Below the pieces are notes generated by a model, which saw only the letters and a list, made by a program, of their open reading frames with translations, did no database searches and was not told where the DNA came from. A DNA stretch of 20,000 nt. Source: Syntrophales bacterium (GTDB lineage: Bacteria > Desulfobacterota > Syntrophia > Syntrophales > UBA4778). The position numbers and the translations under genes are program-made. The DNA lies in NCBI GenBank assembly GCA_963665615.2, contig CAXXQE010000007.1:361987-381986 (forward strand). Direction: 5' to 3'. Below, in pieces: positions 7,828 through 14,650 of the stretch (position 1 is its first letter; each line of letters opens with the position of its first letter).

Positions 7828-9762
7828 CAATATCCTGACCGTCGTCTCGATCTTGCCGATCCGGCCGTCGCGATACCGGATCTTTCCCTCAACATCGATC
7901 GACTTCTGGGTTCCGTACATGGCCTCGATCAGCTTGATATAGAGGCCGTAAACGAATCGACGCCTGACCTTGCCGGTTCGCGTCAGTTCTTCGTCATCGG
8001 CGTCCAGCAGTTTGTAGAGCAGAATGAAACGTTTAATCTTCATGTGCGGTGGCAGCTGGAGGTTGACCTCCTCGATCTGCGACCGGATCAGGTCTTCCAC
8101 CGCAACCTGTTGCGACAGATCCGTATAGGTCGTATAGGGAATCATTCGCTCTTCAGCCCAACTGCCAACGTTGCCGAAGTCAATATTGATCATGGCCGAA
8201 ATGTAAGGGCGGCCCTCACCGAAGATCACGGCCTCCTTGATGAAGGGGCTGAATTTGAGCCGCGTCTCGATAAAATCCGGTGAAAAGGCGGCGCCGGCCT
8301 TGTTGCGGATGATCTCTTCCTTGCGCCCGATGATGAGGAGGTGCCCATCTTCATCGATATAGCCTGCATCGCCGGTCCGCAGCCATCCATCTTCAAAGGC
8401 CCTGGCCGTCGCCTCGTAGTCCCGGTAGTAGCCGGAGAAGTTGGCGTCGCTCAAGACCAGCACCTCTTCGTCACTGGAGATCCGCACCTGCGTTCGGGGC
8501 AGAGGTTTTCCGACCGTTTCCAGTTTGACCTCCGAATCCGGCTGTATCTGGAAGATCCCGCCCGCCTCGGTCAGACCATAACACTGCTTGAGGTTAAGGC
8601 CCGTGGCGCGAAAGAACTGAATGACATCCGGGCTGATCGGGTGACCGCCGGTAAAAGCCGCATGAAATCTCGCACACCCGACGCGGTCGAGAAGCGGCGC
8701 GAAGACCAGTCGTGACAGAATAGCATCAACGAGCCGTAGCCTGAACGGAGACGACTTTTTTCGAATCTCGCAATCAACACGACTTTTACCAAACCGTTCC
8801 GCCAAGGCGAAAAACCCTTTGCGGATAGTGCCTGCATCGCTCATCTTGACGCGGATCCGCGAGGCGAGGTCCTCCCAGAAACGGGATGACGTAATGAGAA
8901 TCTCCGGGCCAATTTCGCGAAAATCTTCCAGAACCGTCTCCGGGGTTTCCGGAAAGTTCATCGTCATGGCGCCCATGAGGGTCACCCCGACCCCCCACAT
9001 CTGATCGACGATCCAGGCGGGAGGTGTCATGGACAGCCAATTGGACCCGATGCCCACCGGCGTCGCCTCCAGCCAGTTGCACGCCATCGACGTGAAACCC
9101 TTGTGCGTCAGCATCGCCAGCTTGGGAAGCCCCGTCGTGCCGGAGGTCTGAATCATCAGGGCCGTGTCGCGCTGATGGCCCTTCTGCACTTCCTGTTCGA
9201 AACGCTGCGGCTCGTCGGCATGCCGCACCTTGCCGAGCGCCAGAAGGTCGTTGAAGCTCATCAGCCAAGGATCGTCCCGATAGGTTCGCATCCCCGTCGG
9301 ATCAACGTAAATGACTTTCTTAACATGCCCCAGGGCTTCTCGTTTTTCCAGAAGCTTGTCCACCTGTTCCTGGTCCTGCACGATTGCAAAGGCCGCCTGC
9401 GTCCGGCCGAGGGATTGCGCGAGTTCCTCCGCAATGGCGGAGGTGAAGAGATTCAGTGTTACGCCCCCCAGGGCCTGAGCGCCGATTTCGCTGAAGAGCC
9501 ATTCGGGGTGATTGTTCATGATGATCCCGACGTTGTCCCCCCGCTTCATACCAAGCGCCAGGAGACCTAAGGCCGTATGACGGGCGAAGTCATGGTAATC
9601 GGACCAGGTATAGGTCTGCCAGATACCGTAGGCCTTTTCCCGAATCGCTACGGCTTTATCTCCAAATCGCTCTGCCTGCTTCACGAGGATCTGCGGCAGC
9701 GTGCATTGAAGCAGCTCAGCGACGATCTCCGGTTGGAGTTTTTCAACGCGACCTTTTTTCAT
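7807..9762 (-). CDS. AMP-dependent acyl-CoA synthetase (long-chain fatty acid--CoA ligase family) embedded in the ABC cluster
   Basis: P-loop IQTSGTTGLPK, CYGLTE, GWLRTGDAGYIDEDGHLLIIGRK, LTRTGKVRR. Start overlaps the livG stop (ATGA). Confidence 0.9.
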   Translation of the reverse strand: MKKGRVEKLQPEIVAELLQCTLPQILVKQAERFGDKAVAIREKAYGIWQTYTWSDYHDFARHTALGLLALGMKRGDNVGIIMNNHPEWLFSEIGAQALGGVTLNLFTSAIAEELAQSLGRTQAAFAIVQDQEQVDKLLEKREALGHVKKVIYVDPTGMRTYRDDPWLMSFNDLLALGKVRHADEPQRFEQEVQKGHQRDTALMIQTSGTTGLPKLAMLTHKGFTSMACNWLEATPVGIGSNWLSMTPPAWIVDQMWGVGVTLMGAMTMNFPETPETVLEDFREIGPEILITSSRFWEDLASRIRVKMSDAGTIRKGFFALAERFGKSRVDCEIRKKSSPFRLRLVDAILSRLVFAPLLDRVGCARFHAAFTGGHPISPDVIQFFRATGLNLKQCYGLTEAGGIFQIQPDSEVKLETVGKPLPRTQVRISSDEEVLVLSDANFSGYYRDYEATARAFEDGWLRTGDAGYIDEDGHLLIIGRKEEIIRNKAGAAFSPDFIETRLKFSPFIKEAVIFGEGRPYISAMINIDFGNVGSWAEERMIPYTTYTDLSQQVAVEDLIRSQIEEVNLQLPPHMKIKRFILLYKLLDADDEELTRTGKVRRRFVYGLYIKLIEAMYGTQKSIDVEGKIRYRDGRIGKIETTVRILEVNSGK

Positions 9763-10592
9763 GTCCTCGCTTCGTAATTGGCGCCAAGATAAGCCGCGAT
9801 CACCTCCGGATGCCGCTGGATCTCGTCCGGTGTCCCCTCCGCCAGTTTTTCACCGTAATTCAAAACCACCACACGTCCCGATATGCTCATCACAATGGAC
9901 ATGTCGTGCTCCACGAGGATCATGGTCTGCCCCCAGCCCTGATTGAGCTCGAGCAGGAACCGGACCATGTCCTCCTTCTCTTCGAGGTTCATTCCCGCAA
10001 AGGGCTCGTCCAGAACGAGGAGCTTCGGCTCCAGTGCCAGCGCGCGTCCCAATTCGACCCGCTTTCTCAGACCGTAGGCGAGCGAGCCCACCATCTGTTT
10101 GCGGATCGACTGCATCTCCAGAAAATCGATAATCTCTTCGAGAACCACCCGATGCCGGATCTCCTCCTGCCGCGCCCCCTTTGAGAAAGAGAGCGCCCGG
10201 CCCAGACCATAGCCGCAGTGGATATGTCGCGCCAACAGCATATTCTGCAAAACGGTCATACCCGGGAAGAGTTCGATGTTCTGGAAGGTCCGCCCGATGC
10301 CAATCCCCGTCAGTTCATGCGTCGGACGTCGCGTAATGTCCCGCCCGTTAAAAACGATCCGGCCTTTCTGCGGACGGTAGAACCCGGTAATACAGTTCAG
10401 CAGACTCGTCTTGCCGGCGCCATTGGGACCGATCACGGCCACCAACTCGCCCGTCTGCACGGAGAGACTGACGTCCCGCACGGCGGTGATTCCGCCGAAC
10501 GCGAGCGTCAGATTCTCGACAGACAGTTCCGCCCGCAACGACTGCGAATCGGTCTTCTTGTATATGCCGGGCTGCCCTCGAAAGGCCTTCAT
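9759..10592 (-). CDS. livG: HAAT-family ABC transporter ATP-binding protein, LivG-like
   Basis: GPNGAGKTS, GRTFQN, LAYGLRKRVELGRAL, LVLDEPFAG, VEHDM, VIAAYLG. Confidence 0.93.
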   Translation of the reverse strand: MKAFRGQPGIYKKTDSQSLRAELSVENLTLAFGGITAVRDVSLSVQTGELVAVIGPNGAGKTSLLNCITGFYRPQKGRIVFNGRDITRRPTHELTGIGIGRTFQNIELFPGMTVLQNMLLARHIHCGYGLGRALSFSKGARQEEIRHRVVLEEIIDFLEMQSIRKQMVGSLAYGLRKRVELGRALALEPKLLVLDEPFAGMNLEEKEDMVRFLLELNQGWGQTMILVEHDMSIVMSISGRVVVLNYGEKLAEGTPDEIQRHPEVIAAYLGANYEART

Positions 10593-10619
10593 AAGCGATA
10601 CATCCGGATCGTCGATGGA

Positions 10620-11831
10620 TTACTTCAATAATTTGATCTTTTCCTTGCCGGGAACGAAGAAGTTCGTCAGCGGCGAATACGTGCCGTCCTCATGCACCAG
10701 GACAATCCTGGCCTTGAAGGAGCCCTCATGGTTGTCCTTCGTATAGGTCACATTCGGCATCAGCCCGCCGAAATCCTCATTCTTGAAGGATTCCAAGGCA
10801 GCATTGATCGCCTCGCTCGTGATCTTCCCGGATTTCTTCTGGGCGCGTTCGAAGGCGCGTTCCATAATCATGCCGACGACTACGCCTTCCCAGTAGGAGG
10901 CATCGAATTCATTGACCGTCTTGTAGCGTTTAATGAGCTCTTGCATGACCTGAACGCCCTTGGACTTGTCGGTGGGAAGTCCGCCGGGGAACTGCATGAT
11001 CACGCGATCCTTAATGACGCCCTTGCCGAGCTTGAAGAAATCGGGATCGGTCGAGGTCCAGGTTCCCAGAAACACGGGCTTGAACTGGATGCGGTCGGCG
11101 CCTTTGAGGGCGGTCACGATCGTCGTCGGCAGCATCTGCATGAAGACGTACTCCACGCCGCTATTCTTCAGTTTGAGCAGTTCCGTGGACAGATCGACCG
11201 TCTTGGGCGGAAACTCCTCGATGGTAACGATATTGATATTGTTCTTGGCGGCATATTCCTGGCTAGGCTTGTGAATCGAGCGGCCATAGGCGTTGTTATA
11301 GGTCAGCAGACCGACCTTGGGCGGCTCCTTCCCCTTGTGAATCGTCTTGATGTAATCGAGGATCGCGTAACAGTCCATCTTGTAACTGCCGAAGGGCAGG
11401 AACATGTAATCAACCGGCGCCTCCAGAATCTCCCAACTCGTCGAAAAGTTCAGGGCAGGAATCTTGTACTTCTGAAGAATCGGCTTGGCGGCCAGCCCCT
11501 CGCCGGCGCCCCACGTCGCAATCATGTCCACCTTGTCCTGATCGGCAAACTTGCGGACAGCGGCCTGCGCCTCGGGAACTTTGTAAGCGGTATCGACCAG
11601 GAGCGCTTTGATCTCTCTGCCCGCAACGCCGCCCTTGACCTCATTGACGTACTTGAAATAGTCCTGCATCCCCTTGGCGTGAAACTGCCCCCAGGAAGAA
11701 GCCGGGCCCGTCAGATTGATGGCAGCGCCCACCTTGATCGGATCGGCCGCCAACACCGGCAAAACACCCGATACGCCGACAAGCACGCCGACGATCGCAA
11801 GGATCCATAACCACTTTTCTTTCATTGCCAT
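10620..11831 (-). CDS. HAAT-family periplasmic substrate-binding protein (LivK/LivJ-like fold)
   Basis: Signal peptide ending VLA-ADPIKVGAAINLTGPAS, VNEVKGGVAGREI, DTAYK. GGGGAGG RBS. Confidence 0.92.
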   Translation of the reverse strand: MAMKEKWLWILAIVGVLVGVSGVLPVLAADPIKVGAAINLTGPASSWGQFHAKGMQDYFKYVNEVKGGVAGREIKALLVDTAYKVPEAQAAVRKFADQDKVDMIATWGAGEGLAAKPILQKYKIPALNFSTSWEILEAPVDYMFLPFGSYKMDCYAILDYIKTIHKGKEPPKVGLLTYNNAYGRSIHKPSQEYAAKNNINIVTIEEFPPKTVDLSTELLKLKNSGVEYVFMQMLPTTIVTALKGADRIQFKPVFLGTWTSTDPDFFKLGKGVIKDRVIMQFPGGLPTDKSKGVQVMQELIKRYKTVNEFDASYWEGVVVGMIMERAFERAQKKSGKITSEAINAALESFKNEDFGGLMPNVTYTKDNHEGSFKARIVLVHEDGTYSPLTNFFVPGKEKIKLLK

Positions 11832-11864
11832 ACCCTCCCCTAAACGTTTTTGAACAGCCCCCCC

Positions 11865-11909
11865 AAAAAAAAAGCCGCAGGCAGTTTATTTAGTCTGCCC
11901 ACGGCTTTT
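11865..11909 (-). terminator. Intrinsic terminator (attenuator) in the 5' leader of the transporter cluster
   Basis: Minus strand AAAAGCCGTGGGCAG-ACTAAATAAA-CTGCCTGCGGC-T9. The two imperfect pairs are G.U only on this strand. Ends about 33 nt before the SBP start codon. Confidence 0.88.
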
Positions 11910-11925
11910 AAGCCAGTTCAAAAGG

Positions 11926-12021
11926 TCATGCGTGTATCGGGCAGCGCTCCTCTGGGGAGAAGCAAAAGTAAAAATCATAAATGCCCCAATCCTTGTCTGC
12001 CCAAACCATGAAAAAACACAT
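11926..12021 (-). CDS. Putative attenuation leader peptide MCFFMVWADKDWGIYDFYFCFSPEERCPIHA (31 aa)
   Basis: Hand-translated; TAAGGGG RBS 9 nt upstream of the ATG. 9 of the first 21 codons are Phe, Trp or Tyr. Stop lies 16 nt before the terminator arm. Confidence 0.75.
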   Translation of the reverse strand: MCFFMVWADKDWGIYDFYFCFSPEERCPIHA

Positions 12022-12055
12022 GAACCACAACCCCTTATTGTTCCAATTGAGGTCG

Positions 12056-12085
12056 TTTTTAAAACTAAACTCAGAGGGTTGTCAA
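12056..12085 (-). promoter_or_regulatory. Putative sigma70 promoter for the leader and transporter cluster
   Basis: TTGACA (12085-12080), 18-nt spacer, TAAAAA (12061-12056). About 35 nt upstream of the leader ATG. Confidence 0.55.
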
Positions 12086-12210
12086 GCAAAAATTTGCCCC
12101 TTATCGCGAACTTGGACAGCCAAGAGATATCGACTTGTCCCATGCCGGCGGGTGTGTTAAATAGCCTTTGCCCGTTTACCCTGCGGCAAGCCACGAGCAA
12201 TTCGTTTGCG

Positions 12211-12326
12211 GAAGAATTGAAGACTCACCGGAGCAAGCTCCGGCGAATCTCCGATTCCCAAGGTATATACTTGGTTCTGATTCGCTCGCTCGCAAGCAGC
12301 GGGGAACGCGCTCGCTGAAGAATTCA
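12211..12326. repeat. Multi-hairpin palindromic element (REP/MITE-like) upstream of the phosphomutase gene
   Basis: CCGGAGC-AA-GCTCCGG (12228-12243), GCGAATC/GATTCGC, CCAAG/CTTGG, degenerate second GCAAGC palindrome. GAAGAATT repeated at 12211-12218 and 12317-12324. Confidence 0.6.
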
Positions 12327-12341
12327 CCCGCGAGAGGGACG

Positions 12342-13700
12342 ATGAATCCAAAGGTATTTAGAGAATACGATGTACGCGGCCTGGTCGGAAAGGATCTGGA
12401 CGACACCTTCGCCTACGATCTGGGACGCGCCATCGGCACACTCGCCGCTGAGCGAGGCGTCGGTGAAATGACCGTCGGCCGCGACTGCCGCCTGAGTTCA
12501 GAAGCCCTCTGCAACGCCCTCAAGCGGGGGCTTCAGGCCGTCGGCATTCATGTCATCGATATCGGCCTGTGCGCCTCGCCTATGCTCTACTTCTCGATCC
12601 GCCATCTCCAAACCGGCGGCGGCGTCATGGTCACCGGCAGCCACAATCCGCCCGACTTCAACGGATTCAAGATCTGCATCGGCCCGGACACCATCTACGG
12701 CGTGGACATCCAGCGGCTACTCGCCATCGTGGAGACCGGCGCGTATGCCGCGGGCAACGGCTCCGGCGAAAACCGCAGCGTCACAGAGGCCTACCTGGAT
12801 TACATCGCCCGGAATATCTCAATCGCACCCGGCCTGCACGTCGTCGTCGATGCCGGCAACGGCGTCGGCGGCCTCTTCGCCCTGCCCCTGCTGGAGCGGG
12901 CGGGATGCCGGATCACCCCCCTTTACTGCGAGGTGGACGGCCGCTTTCCGAACCACTTCGCCGATCCGACCGTACCCGCGAACCTGACCGACATCATCGC
13001 CAAGGTCAAGGAGGTACAGGCAGACATCGGTATCGCCTTTGATGGCGACGCCGACCGGATCGGCGTCATTCTCCACAACGGCAACATCCTCTGGGGAGAC
13101 GACCTGCTGATGCTCTTTGCGCGCGCGATCCTCGCCGAACACCCCGGCGCCGCCATTATCGGCGACGTGAAATGCTCCCACCGGCTTTACGAGGATATCA
13201 TCAGGCACGGCGGACGCGCCATCATGTGGAAGGCCGGTCACAGCCTGATCAAGGGCAAGATGAAAGAAGAGAAGGCGCTGCTGGCCGGAGAGATGAGCGG
13301 TCATATCTTCTTTGCCGACCGCTACTTCGGTTATGACGACGCCATCTATGCCGCCATGCGCGTTCTGGAGATTCTCTCGCGCCACGGGAAGCAGCTCGCG
13401 GAACTCCTGGCCGACGTTCCCCTGACAGCCACCACCCCGGAGATTCGCGTGCCCTGCGCTGATGAAGTGAAGTTTCAGGTTGTCGAGGCCCTGGCCGCCT
13501 ACTTCCGGAAAACGCACGACATCATCGATCTCGACGGCGTGCGGCTGCCCTTTCCCGACGGCTGGGGTCTTGTCCGGGCCTCCAACACCGAGCCCGTTCT
13601 GGTTCTGAGATTCGAGGCGGCAACCGAAGCGCGCCTCCGGGAAATCCGAAATCTCATCGAAGACGGTCTCGCCGTGGTCATGAAATCCTTCGCCGCTTAG
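12342..13700 (+). CDS. algC: Phosphomannomutase/phosphoglucomutase (AlgC-like), 452 aa
   Basis: FREYDVRG, catalytic TGSHNP, metal loop FDGDADR, sugar-binding GEMSGH, LVRASNTEP. Start ATG 12342 with GAGGG RBS rather than 12168. Confidence 0.93.
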   Translation: MNPKVFREYDVRGLVGKDLDDTFAYDLGRAIGTLAAERGVGEMTVGRDCRLSSEALCNALKRGLQAVGIHVIDIGLCASPMLYFSIRHLQTGGGVMVTGSHNPPDFNGFKICIGPDTIYGVDIQRLLAIVETGAYAAGNGSGENRSVTEAYLDYIARNISIAPGLHVVVDAGNGVGGLFALPLLERAGCRITPLYCEVDGRFPNHFADPTVPANLTDIIAKVKEVQADIGIAFDGDADRIGVILHNGNILWGDDLLMLFARAILAEHPGAAIIGDVKCSHRLYEDIIRHGGRAIMWKAGHSLIKGKMKEEKALLAGEMSGHIFFADRYFGYDDAIYAAMRVLEILSRHGKQLAELLADVPLTATTPEIRVPCADEVKFQVVEALAAYFRKTHDIIDLDGVRLPFPDGWGLVRASNTEPVLVLRFEAATEARLREIRNLIEDGLAVVMKSFAA

Positions 13701-13839
13701 GGACCCAGGGGACACAGCCTGCGCTTGGCGTTACAGACGATGTCAAATTACGTCCTGTCCTGGAATCGATCACATCTGCGAACAAATATTAACGGTCTCA
13801 TCATTGTTTTCACATTTGCCGTGGTGTGAAACAGGAAAG

Positions 13840-14001
13840 GCTGGTTCCATAATGAGTCAAAGGGGACGAGGATTGCAGGACGGCTCTCTGCCGCTCAGAA
13901 ATCTTTTTCCGTCATGTTCAGGGCCGGATTGTCAATACCATCGGGCCGGAAAAATCTTTGATTCGCGTTCGAGACCCGTCCTGCAATCCTCTTGTTTTAT
14001 G
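13840..14001 (-). repeat. Second copy of the structured MITE core (inverted relative to copy 1)
   Basis: 13868-13991 aligns ungapped with 6401-6524; 88/96 identical in the inner part. Perfect 14-bp closing stem GAGGATTGCAGGAC/GTCCTGCAATCCTC. Decayed TIR at 13840-13858. Confidence 0.88.
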
Positions 14002-14053
14002 GTAGCGTTTATAACTTTAAAAAAATGTGATGATGGGAATTACGGTTCGAAAG

Positions 14054-14113
14054 GTGTAGCGTCCGGCTTCAGCGAGAGCCCTCGGCAATCCGCTGAACGC
14101 CTTGGTTATCTGC
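14054..14113 (-). other. Integron attC site (degenerate)
   Basis: Minus strand GCAGATAAC (R'') CAAGG CGTTCAGC (L'') GGATTGCCGAGGGCTCTC GCTGAAG (L') CCGGAC G|CTACAC (R' position, GCT instead of GTT). Spacing is typical of short attC sites. Confidence 0.75.
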
Positions 14114-14592
14114 CAACACTTTCAATGCAATACGATTGATACTTGATAATAGCGCCGCATAGGCCGCACCCACTGTCCCAAACAAGCCCCACCACGGAAC
14201 GAACCAAGACAAATACCAGAGCCAATCCAAGGGTGACGAATGACCAAACGATGGCCACGGAGGACCCGCAGCAAATGCTTCTTTGATCATACCAAACGCG
14301 TGTGAAATTGGTCCCGGGAGAAAACCGAAAACAAAGCCTTCAATAACCGGTCTCCAGCAGCTTCTCTTGCCAGCAAGCAGTCTCTTCACGTCTGCGTATG
14401 TTCTCCATGCAACTACTGACGCGACAATCATAAAGGCTATCAGAACCCACAAATAGCTTGTTACGAGTTGGTATGCTGTTTTTCCCGCACACAGGGCAAA
14501 AACACAAAGAACGCAAAATGTGAGAAGTCCATTTCCGATGGGACATATGTAGGACAATCGCATAGTCGTCATTTGCTCCATTCGCAGATAAC
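14060..14592 (-). mobile_element. Solitary integron gene cassette (~532 bp), no intI in window
   Basis: Begins G|TTATCTGC (14592-14584), the exact 9-nt complement of R'' GCAGATAAC. One ORF fills the unit and stops inside attC. Visibly more AT-rich than flanking genes. Confidence 0.75.
14069..14581 (-). CDS. Hypothetical membrane protein (~4 hydrophobic segments), cassette-encoded
   Basis: 170-aa ORF with hydrophobic runs; C-terminus NQGVQRIAEGSR is read through attC. True start may be a later Met. Confidence 0.75.
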   Translation of the reverse strand: MEQMTTMRLSYICPIGNGLLTFCVLCVFALCAGKTAYQLVTSYLWVLIAFMIVASVVAWRTYADVKRLLAGKRSCWRPVIEGFVFGFLPGPISHAFGMIKEAFAAGPPWPSFGHSSPLDWLWYLSWFVPWWGLFGTVGAAYAALLSSINRIALKVLADNQGVQRIAEGSR

Positions 14593-14650
14593 AATGTTTA
14601 TAGAGATCACCTAAAAAGCCCCGGACAACGCAATAACTGCATGCAATTGG

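Noticed and set aside
10692..11810. Long antisense ORFs (also 3165-3923, 6555-7436, 12819-13715, 16794-17807, 18999-19889)
   Set aside because: They mirror well-supported genes, have no recognisable motifs and are expected from high-GC codon bias.
11886..12200. 104-aa minus ORF (and MIFTFASP... sub-ORF) as the leader gene
   Set aside because: It crosses the predicted promoter and runs into the terminator loop; the RBS-bearing aromatic ORF in another frame fits the attenuator geometry.
12168..12341. 58-aa N-terminal extension of the phosphomutase
   Set aside because: It reads through a palindromic repeat; family similarity and the RBS begin at ATG 12342.
13804..14139. 111-aa plus-strand ORF
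   Set aside because: It is composed of the structured repeat and the attC antisense strand, with no coding features.
14069..14581. CdiI-type immunity gene for the upstream TpsA
   Set aside because: Position and hydrophobicity fit, but cassette boundaries and attC explain its origin better and no toxin domain is visible. Not fully excluded.
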